DNA of 64,000 nucleotides from Octopus sinensis. Taxonomy: Eukaryota. Positions 25,931 through 40,347 of this stretch are shown piece after piece (the stretch's first letter is position 1; every line of letters starts with the position of its first letter). The stretch is taken from the NCBI RefSeq assembly GCF_006345805.1, contig NC_043003.1:50778001-50842000 (forward strand). The letters are read 5' to 3'. The notes under the pieces were generated by a model, which saw only the letters and a list, made by a program, of their open reading frames with translations, was not told the DNA's origin and ran no database searches. Made by a program: the position numbers and the translations under genes.

Positions 25931-27937
25931 AGTGCTGTTTACGAACGGCTGAATATATAAAACGTTTATTTCCATTCAGATACATGTATTTTAAATAGGT
26001 TTATGTTCTTCTTTTCTCTTCTTTTAATACCTGAATTACTTTCAGACAGCAATGTTTATACAATACGTATTGTAGTATCACTTAACAAGTACAAATCTTG
26101 TGAATTATAGACGCCGCTGCTCGTTTATCACGCTAGATCAAAAGAGGTTGGTGATAAAGTAAAAAAGAAGAAAAAAAATGTAAAATATTCATTGACTAGA
26201 GTTTGGTGATTACTGTTACAGTCAATTTTATGAATCACTTTCCTGATTCAGCAATCATTCAGCCAGCCTGTATAAACAGGAAGTGGTTATTGCGACACCT
26301 GACGACCTGGGATTTTTTTTTTAACCTCATGGAAGGAAGTCAGTGTATAGATATTGTGGGTAACTACTCATATTCAATTTCCTTTCAGCCCCTAATTCGT
26401 CTCTAACTAAGGGATAACTTGGAGAGAAAAAAAAAATGTCAAGAAATAATGAGAATTCCATCTTGTTGCTCGTAAAACTCGAAAAAACAAACATTCAGTT
26501 ACATTCAAAAGTTATCTATCAATCTCGCATGTCTCTCACTTATTATTCGAGAGCTGTGTATAAATTTGCACTAGTCGCCATCGAAAATATAGGCTTATAG
26601 TGAAACTTCCTGTCATTGTAGGGTCTAGCCATTCATTTAGGTAAATAAAGTAGTAGGCTGCTCACTGGTGATAAATGCATATGCATGAAGTCAAAATTAT
26701 AAGAATATCTTAACACAATGAATTACTGATTGACTTCAGTTACAAAGTCGATCAAGACACTCGGTAAGTACAAAAGAAAAATACATCCGTGTGTGTCTGT
26801 TTGTATGTGTGTGTTCGTGTGAGTGTGTGTGTATGTGTGTGCTACAACCATTTCCTATGGAAGACCTCTTCTGTAAAATATTCGGTAATTACACAGTGTT
26901 CGCACACTTTAAAACGTTGGTAAATAGACTATTTATGGCAATTATTTACAGAGAGTTGTACTAAAACAACAAGAATTAAGTATCTTTCTTAACCATGAGC
27001 ACACTCAGCACTGATTGCACTATCGATACTAAGGGCTAGTCCCTCTGCTGGAGGTTGAATAGCTGCGAATTTACAATACATCGTAATAAACGAAAGATCC
27101 TGGATGTGTCTGGTCACTCAGATCATACCCTACCGTCTTAATGTAGAAGAACACATTACTTAAAGTTGAAAAACAAGAAAAAGAACGCTAAAAGCAGTAG
27201 AAATGCACGAACGATTGTAGTGGTGCAATGAAGTAAATATGCTTCAGATACACTCGTTTATTCATACAAACGTAACTGAGATTAAATATGTCATAAATAA
27301 CAGTGACACACGAAATACACACTGCCGGAAGTTGTTTGACAAACAACAGCAGTAATTTTATTCAGCTGAATACACGTCATTGATTGGTTGAAATTACCGA
27401 AATACGACAACATTAACACGAAATAACTTTGAAAATACAAACTTTTCTCAACAACACTAAGAGTAAAAGAAGTTTTATATTCCACATTCTACCAGTGTCC
27501 GAAGTTTGAAAGTGTTTAGTTACCAAAAATTAATTTCTCGATCTGCTGTTCAAAGGGAAAAAATCCTAAAGTTGTCTTAGATGAAGTGAAAAGAAGATGC
27601 AATACCTTTTATTTTAACAGATCTAACAAAGGTACAAAGTTACAAATGTCGAACACGTGGTACAGTCGAGTAAATAGACATCTATATATAATTACATCAC
27701 TCTACATCCTAAGTTCAAACCCAACCATTGACGTTTTGCCATTCATTTATACACATATTTTGTGAAAGGAGGTTAGCATCAGTCTGTCATGAGGGGTGGT
27801 ATATTCCAGTCAACCCCTCTCACAAACAAACGGTGTTCTACCTATGTATGAAATCAATATTACGCCATTAAGCCAAATTTCATTTAAAATATTATGAACA
27901 AATATTACAAATATTTTATCAAAGGCGAAGCTGTCTG

Positions 27938-27997
<60 letters not shown>

Positions 27998-29180
27998 AGA
28001 GAGAGAGAAAGCAACAAAGAAAGAGAGAGAGAGAGATGTATAAGTATGCATATATATATATATATATATACATACCACACATACAAAGACATACATACGT
28101 ACTTACATACATGCAAACACACACACGCACGGTGTGTGTGTGTGTGTGTGTGTGTGTCGCTTACAAAGACATACCGTTCTGAGAATAAACAGACTTTCAA
28201 AAAGTAAATAAACAAATAAAAACAAATATGTATGAACAAAATAAAAGTCACGTAGGAAATATCCGATTATTTTTCTTCTTTAGCACATTATACACTAAAT
28301 TACTTGTGTGATGATTAAATAAAATGTCCAATACATAAAATTTTTGATGGTGGTAATGGACTAAAAGATGGCTACGGTAAAATATCTTAAAGTGAAAACA
28401 ACTTACGTGTTTAGTTTTTATTTTCTTTAACCACATATTAAAGATGTTTAGAGACTCAAAAAAAAAAACAGATTAAATGTTGATATCTCTTGTATATCAG
28501 AGATGGTCAGTTGGTAAAGAGGATGAGGAGTTAGACTGTGTGGCAAAGGAACCAAAGTTCGTTTTATTTTTCCGCCACCAGCCTATGTTACATTCATGGC
28601 CAACGCTCATAGCTTCACTGCCGAATAATTAAGTTTATTCGCTGTAGAAAGACAGCAGAAAGTTAAGACGCTACCTAACTAGGCATGGGAGGCTTCGAAG
28701 AATTGAATGATTTTACCGGTATTGTGTTAACTGGTACTGCTGTGAAAAACTTTTGGTAAGTGTAATTGAACTAGGTTAAATTAATGTACATTAGATACAC
28801 TATATCAAGGTATCGAGCTGTTAGAAACGGGAACAATGATTGACATTTCTTTCAGTTCTTTATGCTGTCAGTTCAAATTCCAGCTTCAACATTCATCCTC
28901 TTGGGATCGATAAAATAAGTACAAGTTGAGCACAAAGATCGATGTAATCGACAATCCCATCGCCTAAAATTGTTGGTCTTGTGCTAAACGAAGCCTTTTA
29001 GCAGCAAACTCTCACGAAACAAGTTCTTTTTTAAGAGGAACAAGATTTTTAATTTCTTTCGGGCATGCAGAGAAGGAAAGAATAATTTGGCGGAGTCATG
29101 CCTTTCCCATGAGAATAAAGTAAACTATTTTCTAGTTAAGAATCCTATCAACATAGATTGGCTTAATATAGATAATTTTG

Positions 29181-29430
29181 TGGAGGCGCGTGGCTTAGTG
29201 GTTAGGGTGTCAGCATCATGGTCGTAAGATTGTGGTTTCGATTCCTGGACCGGAGACGCGTTGTGTTCTTGAGCAAAGCACTTCATTTCACGTTACTCCA
29301 GTCCACTCAGCTGGCAAAAATGAGTAACGCTGCGATGGACTGGCGTCCCGTCCATCTGGGGAATACATACACCATAAAACTGCGAAACCGAGCCCATGAG
29401 TCTGGCTAGGCTTTAAAAGGGCGCATTTAT
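29181..29430 (+). mobile_element. tRNA-headed CORE-like SINE family C
   Basis: tggaggcgcgtggcttagtggttag..ggtttcgattcc..gcgttgtgttcttgagcaaag; matches 53151-53660. Confidence 0.9.
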
Positions 29431-30305
29431 TTATTTTTAACAGATAATTTAGCATGTCAGGAGTACCCGTTACGCGAAAGATCAACATATTGGAATATCG
29501 ACAAGATGTAAGTATTCCCTAAAAACACCACAAAGCTTAAAATTTATGGTTAAAGTGGCAGGGAATTTTCGAATGCAGATGTGACTAAATGAAGTAAAAT
29601 AATCAGGAACAATGAAGTTGTAAGTTTAGGTCTTCATAAACGATTCGTTTGACGTATATAATCTGAAGCGAGTTTCTAAAATATTATGTGATAAATTGCT
29701 AAATTCTGCCATTCAGTTTTGAAACCGCGTTCAAGATTTTCGCGTTAATGCAGAAGCATGAAATGTATATGCATCGCCATCAACGGAATCACCGCACCGT
29801 CACCACTCTCATATTTTATGCGCATAAAAAATGTTGTGGTGTACTCAGTACTACATGAGAACACATTAAGTTGTCTCTCAGGAGTGCACCGCATTCACTT
29901 GTATTCATTTGACCTCGTATGTAAATAAAGAATGAGTTACCAGCAATGTGGGAACGCAATGCCGATTCAATTTCCGGTTTAAGCAAATTCATTACGATCA
30001 CCATTCATTGTTAATAAGCTTCACAGCTCACAAATTATCTTTGCTACCCTCCCCATCCACCCCCACCCCCAAAATGTCGATTGGAACAAAGCTACATGAC
30101 TAAGGTCAATGCCATTAGACTTCAACTATGTAGGTTGAAGAAACAACAGAATGAATTCAGTTGTGAAATTTTAAAATTAGAATATTTAGAAAAACGTCAA
30201 AAATTACATAGCATTAAATATTCTTTCTCACCTTCCCCGTCTTATCATGTTGAAAAGTTTCTACAGTATACATAGATACATGTGTGTGGATACAAACGCA
30301 CAAAC

Positions 30306-30346
<41 letters not shown>

Positions 30347-30400
30347 TTATACACACACACACACATATATATAATACATATACACATGTGTATATACGCA

Positions 30401-30438
<38 letters not shown>

Positions 30439-30814
30439 CATCTCTCTCTATATATATATGTGTGTGCGTGTGTGTGTGTGTGTGTAAGAGAGAGAGAACC
30501 TCATATATGTATGTTTACATGCAGGCATACACACATAGAAAGGGAGAACATAAAATGGTTGCCACCTGCAATCCTGCAATGGGATATAATTTCATATCAG
30601 TTTCCACCATGCGTTTCCATAATGTATTTCATAATGCACTTTTTTTATATGTTCAAGTAATTGAGAGCAGCAAAATATATAGATGCACACAAGTATGTAT
30701 GTGTGCGTGTGCGTGTGTCCGTCCGTCTGTCTGTGTAAGCTTGTGAACAGAATGTAAGACCGAAGAAAAAGCAGAAGTCAATATATAATGTCTATATATA
30801 TTGCAGGTCTCATA

Positions 30815-31160
30815 ACAAGCTTACTTCCCAACTATATGGTCCTGGGTTCAACACCACTGCGTGGCATCTTGGGCAAGTATCTGCTATTATAGCCTTGTGA
30901 GTGGATTTGGTAGACGGAAACTGATAAAAGTCCGTCGTGTATATGTATATGTATATACCTATGGGTGTGTCTTTTTGTGTATGGGTTTGTCGCCCCCCAT
31001 TGCTTGAAAACAGATGTTATACCCCACTTTTCTTAGCAGTTCGGCAAAAGAGACTGATACATTAAGTACCAGGGTTTAAAACATAATTCCTGGAGCCGAA
31101 TTGTTCGACTAAAATCCTTCAAGGCGGTCTCCAAGCATGGCCGCAGTGAAATGGATGAAA
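30815..31160 (+). mobile_element. SINE family B (degenerate)
   Basis: ccactgcgtggcatcttgggcaagt..gtagacggaaactga..cagcatggccgcag pattern. Confidence 0.75.
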
Positions 31161-31161
31161 C

Positions 31162-31237
<76 letters not shown>

Positions 31238-31636
31238 GAAAAGCCTGGACTCCGTCGATCACGGGTGCACCTAAGAGGTTGCCCTGCGGAGTACGAGTCA
31301 GGACGGAAAGTCGCCTCACTGGCGAACGTACAACCCAGGGTTGTTTTAATGAAAAACCAGCAGTGACCTTTGCATACCAGCCTCCCCACTCCACGTCACC
31401 GATGTTATCCAAAGGAAAGGCAAAAGCCAATACACCTTGGCACCAGTGACGTCTTTCTTAGCACTTGAATATAAAAGAATAACTTTTTTTCCGTAGTGGA
31501 AGACAGACTGTAGCAGATATCATAAGCGCATTGGAGAAACATAACACAGATACACATACGGAAATGTATGCACATTTACATACATGCATACATTATAAAC
31601 ATTATATATGTATAAACATTATATATATATATATAC

Positions 31637-32282
31637 ATTGATGAGTTGCGGACAATTACGTAATCTTTATATTTTGTATCTTTTCATTTGTCTTGAACGC
31701 TTACGTTCTGGCGTTTGCTAAATTTTCTTGAGTGCAATCCTTTCTTAATGGTAAGACCATATGGGTCTACTTCTAGCATAATGGATGTCCACTTAGTGGT
31801 CATCCTTTTTATATGTATGTAATATAATTTTTCTGAATCCTCAGATTTTTCAATGTGCTAGAACACTGGCTTTTAATTGATATTAATCAAAATTAAATTC
31901 AAATAACTATGTTCTCTAACCAGGAAAATTCACTGCAGAAATTTTCTGCAGAATTATTTCCGGTATTTTGGCGCGCCAAAACGAACACTTTTGAAAGATC
32001 ACCCCAAATGTAATTGGTAGAACTGTATATATGTTCAATCTCATGCGGACGTCCCGTGTATAGTTCTACAAATTATATTTTGCTATGATGATCACACTGA
32101 TGAGTTGCGGACAATGACCTTAGTAATTACGTAAGTGGTAACAAGGAAATCGGATTTGTGTTTAATCTTTATATTTTGTATCTTTTCATCTGTCTTGCTC
32201 GCTTACGTTCTGGCGTTTGCTAAATTTTCTTGAGAACAATCCTTTCTAAATGGTAAGACCATAGGGATTCTACTTCTAGCAT
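31637..32282 (+). repeat. Direct repeat pair (31637-31780 and 32093-32282), period ~460 bp; second copy carries a minimal HHR
   Basis: Shared tgatgagttgcggacaat..aatctttatattttgtatc..ctacttctagcat; (TA)n on both flanks. Confidence 0.75.
32093..32160 (+). ncRNA. Minimal type I HHR motif with long stem II (one closing-pair mismatch)
   Basis: caca-CTGATGA(32097-32103)-gttg..caag-GAAA(32146-32149)-TC g GA-T-T-tgtg; triplet AUU. Confidence 0.5.
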
Positions 32283-32298
32283 CTCTCTCTTATGTATA

Positions 32299-32364
<66 letters not shown>

Positions 32365-32703
32365 GAAAGAGAGAATAGTATACATATAAATCGACTTACG
32401 TATGCATATGAACATATGTAGGTATGCAACCGTATTATAAACATGGGCACACACATACACGTACATATTTAGACCTATACGCAGAATACACACACATATA
32501 GCCACATTAACGCCATATACCTCTGGGTGTGTGTGTGTACGTATATCTAAACAAGCAATATTATGCATAGCGGCATATAGGCTATCATACCACATAAATG
32601 ATAAAACATATGCACTATTAATAGTTTCTCTCACTTTCTCTATATATATTCATATGTATATGTATACAGTCAGACAGGTGAATAGACAGACAGACAGACA
32701 AAG

Positions 32704-32785
<82 letters not shown>

Positions 32786-32790
32786 GTAGA

Positions 32791-32825
<35 letters not shown>

Positions 32826-33764
32826 ATAGATAGACTGCAAAAGAAGATATCAGCTAAATATAAGTTTAATATCGGTTACAATTGTTTCGGTGGCATTCTA
32901 TTTCCAAGCCACATTACAGATAAATTCCACAGGGCTTGTAGTGTGAAACACCATCTTCCTCAAGCCTGATCTGACTTAAGTTTTCCGCGCCTACGGATTA
33001 CATTTCGTTGAATCCCATTTATTTATCTGTCTTAATGTGTACATAGCCGAGGGTTTATATCGATTGTTACGTAAGGAAACACACCAGAGCTTAGTAAATC
33101 CCAACTTACCATACTTGCTCTAGATTCTAATGAACGTTGACAGTGAATTTCCAAAATGATGAAGAGATTATATATTATCATGTATAATAACTAAGTTTGA
33201 TAAGGTCTGAAGATGGTGTTCGGCACTACTTAAGCTATGCTTATTTTATACAAATCTTGTGTGATTTATCAGATATAATTATATTTATGCGTAATGTTCT
33301 TAAAAGCGGTATAATACCGAAACAGTTGTAACCGAACGGTATTAAACTTACGTCTAATTGATACATTCATCTTTGTCTTATTTTATGCTCAGCTATATTA
33401 CATAACAACTGATTCTATCAGCGATATTCCTAGGATTTCATGGGTCTGTGGATTATATTTTATGGGAGCACATCTAATAACAATCTAAAGGTGCAGATAC
33501 TCTGGAGTTCATATCGAATCACATGTAAAAGCATACGCTGGAAATTAACTAATTCCAAATATATTGATATTTATACGCATGAACGCACGAACACACGCAC
33601 CTCCCCCCCCCACACACACACCCATACTGCCTGTTTTCTCATATTTTAGCTATAGTTTTCTACAGAAGAAAAAACATGGGCTCGAATTATGCCCCACTTT
33701 GTTGAATACTATATTAGAGAACGATTGCATCCTGCCAAATATATATTCAATATATTCTTTTACA

Positions 33765-34169
33765 CTTCACTCTTTTACTTGCTTCAGTCATTTGAATGTG
33801 GCCATGCTGGAGCACCGCCTTTAGTCGAGCAAATCGACCCCAGGACTTATTCTTTGTAAGCCTAGTACTTATTCTTTCGTTCTCTTTTGCCAAACCGCTA
33901 AGTTACGGGGACGTATACACACCAGCATCGGTTGTCAAGCGATGTTGGAGGGACAAACACAGACACACAAACATACGCATATACACACATATATATATAC
34001 ATATATACGACGGGCTTCGTGGAGTTTCCGTCTACCAAATCCACTCACAAGACTTTGGTCGGCACGAGGTTATAGGAGAAGACACTTGCCCAAGGTGCCA
34101 CGCAGTGGGACTGAACCCGGAACCATGTGGTTGGTAAGCAAGCTACTTACCACACAGTCACTCCTACGC
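33765..34169 (-). mobile_element. SINE family B, full length
   Basis: tRNA-like head, ccttgggcaagtgtcttct CORE-like motif, internal microsatellite, tail ..gctccagcatggcc..tgactgaa. Confidence 0.9.
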
Positions 34170-34176
34170 AATTCTT

Positions 34177-34580
34177 AAGGCGGTGAGCTAGCACAATCGA
34201 TACCACGTCGGGCAATATGCTTAGAAGCGTTTTGTCCGTCTGTAGGTTTTGAGGTCGACTTTGCCTTTCATCCTTTCGAAGTCGATAAAATAAGTACCAT
34301 TTGAGTAATGGATTTGATGTAATAGACTTAGTCCTTCCTGCAAACATGCTGACCTTATGCCATAATTTGAAACCTTAAGGCGGCGAGCTGGATGAAGCAT
34401 TAGCACGTCGGGTGAAATGCTTAGCGGCAGTTCGTCTATCTTCACGTTCTATGTTCAAATTCTGCCGAGGTCGACTTTGCCTTTCGTATTTTCGAATTCG
34501 ATAAGATAAGCACAAATTGTGCACTGATGTAATTGACTTAACCCTTTCTCCCGGGCTTGCTGGCCCTGGGGCAAAGCTTG
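34177..34580 (+). mobile_element. Two tandem SINE family A copies
   Basis: Heads aaggcgg(t/c)gagct at 34177 and 34377. Confidence 0.75.
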
Positions 34581-34659
34581 AAACCAATATATTTTACAAT
34601 TTCTACATTACGATACATATATACATACAAACATACATACATACTTATACATATTTACA

Positions 34660-34840
34660 TGTGAGTGTTCGTCCCCCACCATCGCTTGACAACCGATGTT
34701 GTTGTCTTTACGTCCCCGATACATACATGTAGGTTCAATCCTACTCCGTGGCACCTTGGGCAAGTGTCTTCTACTATAGCCTCGGGCAGACCAAGACCTT
34801 GTGAGTGGATTGGTAGACGGAAACTGAAAGAAGCCCGTTG

Positions 34841-34905
<65 letters not shown>

Positions 34906-35110
34906 TATGTGTGTGTGTTTGTGTGTCTGTATTTGTTCCCCACATGCTGGAGTGTTTACGTCCCCGTAACTTAGCGGTTCGGCAAAAAACACCGATAGAA
35001 TAAGGACTAGACTTACAAAGAATAAGTCCTGGGGTTGATTTACTCGATTAAAGGCGGTGCTCCAGCATGGCTCAAATGACTGAAACAAATAAATGAATAA
35101 AAGAATAAAA
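34660..35110 (+). mobile_element. SINE family B with rearranged 5' part
   Basis: A tail fragment (34665-34725) precedes a headless body; normal tail to ~35105. Confidence 0.8.
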
Positions 35111-38100
35111 GAACATAGATAGATAGATATGCATATTTATGTATGTATATATATATATACATATATATACACATATATATAATGTATGTATATATATATA
35201 TATATATATACATATATACCTGTGTGTGTTTGTGTGTGTGTGTGTGTTTGTGTGTAGTATGTAGAATGTAAGTAAGACGAAGATACACACTAGAAAAACG
35301 CAAACAAACCACGCGTACTCATAAATATGAAAAAGATGAGGTGAATGTGCTGAGAGGAGAGGCAGACGAGATGAAGAAAGAAGTGCGAGGAAGAGGGTGA
35401 GACGTGAGCGGCTGAGAGTAGGGTGAGAAGGAGAGAGAGAGAGTGAGAGAGAGAGTGAGAGAGAGAGAGTGAGAGAGAGAGTGAGAGAGAGAGTGAGAGA
35501 GAGAGAGAGTGGCATGAAAAAGAGGTAAGGAGAGGGAGAGAGAGGGGGGAGTGAGTAGCAGTGTGTCTGCGAGAGATAATTATCTGGCAATGTAGTCCGT
35601 TTGAAAGATGATGAGACAGACAGTTATACCGAGAGATAACTCGATTGAGTGGTTGATTAACTTATCGATTGAAAAATGAAATACACTGACAGGAAGATAA
35701 ATAGATAAACTGATTGACACACGGCAACAGACACGCTAGCTCTCTCTCTTTCTCTCTCTCTCGTTGCCGTTGTTTTTGTTGTTTGATCTTGTTTTTGTTG
35801 TTGTTGTTTTGCCACAGGTTATCCCTGATTTACCAAACCTTTGATCAAACTTATTCTAGTTATGATCATCCCGGTTTTCTTTTAACAACAAAAGATTACA
35901 TTGACTGATGTTCTTCTTATATTTCAGTTACTATTTCTTACTATTTGTTTAACTATGTGGTTCCAGTGTAAGCTCATACAAGCTTGTTTGTTTTGTTGTT
36001 GTTGTTGTTGTTGTTATTTAGCCACCAAATCAGCTCTAATTGAGTAGACATATGATCAAAGATGTTTTATTTGTGATAATCAAGTCTGTTTGTATATCGA
36101 TATCGATGTTTAAATTGTTCAAGGTGTCCTTTTTTTTTTAGATGGTAATGTGTGAGTTAAGGAAATGTATTTACTATTTCTAGCAAGTCGAGCAACCGCG
36201 TATACGATTCTTTTTGATTCGTCAAACAATTTATGTAAGTTGTTAAACAGAATTTTAATACGATTAAACGCTTACGTTATATAACTACAACTAGTTGCTT
36301 GGCTTTTTATGATCAACGATACATATCAATAATCAGTCCGATATACCACTCATACAAAAGATGCTGCCTTTTATTGTTGGCAATGGGAACTGTATTCATG
36401 TGGAATAAAGTAACCTGTACAGAAACACAGTGAAATGTTCGTACGGGATTTGAACTCAACGCAAGAATAAATACTCCTATTTTCAATCCAATCTGCTGTT
36501 TTCGCTTCTACAAGAACACAACAAAAAAGAACTTAAATATATACATTTACACTTAAACAACTAATCATAATTTGACACAAATAGTTAGGGAAACATAAGG
36601 CAAACAAATGTCCATACAGTATGAAGATACTAACGCTTCTTTTCCGGTGTATTAGCAAAAAGCAACAGCCCGGAAAGAATAGTGTTAATTATGCTATAAT
36701 TGAATCGTCAGATCTTAATGTTACTCGCTCACCTCTTCTTGCACAAAACGTACTTCCGGGTGACAGAGAAATCGATAGCGCTTGCAAACACATGGTAAGA
36801 ATTAAAACAGGCCTTAAGTTTTGGGCAAAAAAGAAACTAAAGGCAGCGAGATCTCATTTCAAGTACAAAATTGTTAAATGTAAAATTTATTGGTTACGTT
36901 TCGTAAAGCGGTATGCTGGCAGAATCGCTAGCATGCTGAACACAATATTTAGCAACACTTCGTCTGTTTACATCCTGAGTTCAAATTCTACCGAAGTCTA
37001 TTTTGGGTCGATAAAATAAGTACCAGCTGAGCACTAGGGTCGTTGTAATCGACTTATTCCTTCCCCAAAAATTGATGGCCTTGTACGAAAATTTGAAACC
37101 AATTTTTACTTATTTATTATTTCTTTGTTCAATTGTTTTTCAATTTATTTTTCTAAAATTTTCGTTGCGTCGTGCAACCTTTTCAATAGTCGTTTTTCAA
37201 TTGTTATTAATATTATTACGAAAAATATATTATTCAAGTATTCGTGTAACAGAACACTTCTGTGTGCTTTTTAAGGCAGCTGACCTGTCCATTAAAATTA
37301 GAGCATGCGCAAAGAACAAGGGGAATCGGAATATTTCGATTGGTTTTGTGAAATTTCTATATTTCGGAACGTAAAGAAAGGCTGCTCATTTGAAACTGAG
37401 ATTTTGGTTACTGTTGAAAACAAAGTGAAAAAAAAACAATATTTTTTGTTCTAAGAAAAGACAGAAGTTCTAGAAACCGTTTTTCTGAGGTAAAAATTGT
37501 TCGCGATTATTAAGGATTGACCACAAATTTAAGAAAAACATAGTAAAATACAATTTTTTACCAACAAGGAAACGGAAGATTATGTTCGAAGATATCGATA
37601 AAGCAGTTTTTCTCCGGTTTAGAAAACAAAGGGAGATAAACATTCTAATTAGCGGGACGCTTACTCAAGTGAAAATTTAGAACAAGACAAAACTTTTTTC
37701 TTGTAAATCATGAGTGTCTGGATCGATTCAAGTCGTCTGTGGAGAAGGAGTTATCGTTCCAATACAAAAAGCGAGTGGAAAGGGGAAATATGCAAAATTA
37801 TTTCTTCTTGAAACAAACATATAGTTTATTGGACAATCAGCTGTATTAAACTATGTTCGCTTTGAAGATACTTTGCTCTCCTGATGGAAATGGTATATTT
37901 CAGTGCTGCGGGCAGTAGAGTTCTGCGTCATTGCATTACACTGTTGTGATCGATTCCTCTCGAGAACACGACGTAGAAGACAAATGCTGTTTCTTTTTGA
38001 TGTTATGTGAATACTCAATTGTCCTTGTCTCCATATGATAAAACACGGTTGCGAGTACATCTATGGGTGTTTTTTTTTGTGTGTGTGTGTGTGTGTGTGT

Positions 38101-39004
38101 ATGTGTGTGTGTGTGTGTGTGTATGTGTGTGTGTGTGTGTGTATTGGCAAATAGGTTGACACAAACATTGATATACTAAATTCGACAGACTATAAAAAAA
38201 AGATAATGCTCTTAATCTAAGCTGTCTTCCGGAACATGGTTGATGTATAAGAAACAAAAATATAGATAACGAAATAGATATATAGATATCTAAAATGGAA
38301 AGACGACTAAAATAACATAATTGTTCTCTGAAGGAAGATAATTTTGAGAGGAAAAAATATATATATAATAATTTAATGATTTTTATTTTAATAATAATGG
38401 TCTACCGTCGCAAAAATGTTTTAAAACTAAAAAAATTGGCTCTGTAGATTCTTAATTTGATCTCATTTATTTCTTTGATCATTTGTGCAGTTGCTTTAGG
38501 TTTAAGATATTTGATTTCACTGTCTTTACAGAATGGTAAAATCGTTATAGAGCCAGACGAAATGATTTAGGGTAGTTAGCTATGTTGTGAGCTAAAATTT
38601 CACCGAGGCCCACTTTGTCTTTCATTTTTCTAAGCTTAATAAAATATGTGCAAGTGCAAGATTAATATAAAAGACTATTCCACCGACTATTCCCGGAAAA
38701 AACATAAGAAGACGATATCGAGCTTTGGGTCTACTTAAAAGTTTTATGTCTCAAATTGCAGCAAGCTGGCAGAATCGTTAACACACCGCCCAAAAATGCT
38801 TAGACGGTTTTTTGCATTCGGAGTTCAAATATCGCCGAGGTCAAGTTTTATTTTTATCATATCGGTTCGACAAAATTAGTACCAGTTGAGCACTGGTTTC
38901 GATATAATCGATTTCCCCCCTCTCTGGCTAAATGCTTTCCTGTCTATTTCGATGCATAAATAACTAGATCCATATAGCATTGTTTCATTACATTCTTTTT
39001 TACT

Positions 39005-39388
39005 CTAGATTAGAGAAGGCCCGAAATTTGGGGGGAGGGGTCAGTCGATTAGATCGACACCAGTACGCAACTGGTACTTAATTTATCGATCTCGAAATGA
39101 TGAAAAGCAAAGTCGATCTCGGCGGAATTTGAACTCAGGACGTAAAGACAGACGAAATACCTATTTCTTTATTACCCACAAGGGGCTAAATACAGAGACA
39201 ACAAACAAGGACAGACAAACGGATTAAGTCGATTATATCGACCCCAGTGCGTAACTGGTACTTATTTAATCGACCCCGAAAGGATGAAAGGCAAAGTCGA
39301 CCGCGGCGGAATTTGAACCCAAAGGTAGACGAAATACCGCTCAGCATTTCGTCCGGCGTGCTAACATTTCTGCCAGCTCGCCGCCTTG
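39005..39388 (-). mobile_element. SINE family A dimer
   Basis: One head, two bodies, junction gaaatacctatttcttt at ~39154. Confidence 0.85.
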
Positions 39389-39494
39389 CGTTGCTTCATT
39401 ATATTAAAGATTTGGATTATGACTTTGATTTCTTTGCATAGTTAAGGTTGTTGACTGCGTATCACTTGAAATTCTTTCATTATGTTAAGGTCAC

Positions 39495-39890
39495 ATGTAT
39501 GGTGGTGTGTTCAAAAGACTCGCTTCGCAACCATATATTTTCAGGTTCAATTATTCTGTGTCCACGGGCCGCCCAATGCCTTATGAGTGAATTTGGTTGG
39601 CGGTAAATTTGGAGAAACCCGTCGAATATTTATATGTCTGTGTGTGAGTATTTGTGTATAAATAAATATATAGATACGTGTGAGTAACTTTGTGTTTATC
39701 CTCAACACAGCTTGACAATCTGTGTTTATTTGCGTTCCGTAACTAAGCAGTTCGGCAAGGAGACTGATATAAGAAGTACCAAACTTAAGAAAAAATAAGT
39801 ATCTAATTCTATTTGACCCACTAAACCCCCCAAGACGGTACCCCCAGCATGGCCGTTTCAGATCAGTGACTGAAACGGGTAAAAGAATAT
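39495..39890 (+). mobile_element. SINE family B (degenerate)
   Basis: cccaatgccttatgagtgaatttgg..taagcagttcggcaaggagac..ccagcatggccg. Confidence 0.65.
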
Positions 39891-40189
39891 ATGAAAAAAA
39901 GTATAAGCTTATAGTTAAACTTATAGAAATCATAAGATTTGAATAAGCATTTCGACGTACTAGAAAAGGCAGCTAAACCCCCTTCAATGCATATGCTATC
40001 ATTTTTTTAAAATGAAGGAAACATCGGGTAATGTAGTTCTAGATACAGTATTCGATGGTCTATCTGAAAATAAAATTGGATGGTCATATTTAGAATGGTT
40101 GGATCATAAGGCTAATGCTCTCTCTATTCCTCTCCGGACACCCTCCCCACTTTTAGTCAAATAGATCTACCCCAGTACTTTCTTTTTAA

Positions 40190-40314
40190 GTCTGGTACTC
40201 ATTCCAACGGTCGTTTAGGCTGAACCACTAAGTTACGAGAACGTAAACCACCAACATCGATTGTCAGAAGGTGGTGAGGAACATACACAGACACGAACAC
40301 ACACACACACACAC

Positions 40315-40347
<33 letters not shown>

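Noticed and set aside
31825-31850. Minus-strand CTGAGGA-ttca-GAAA
   Set aside because: No stem II possible.
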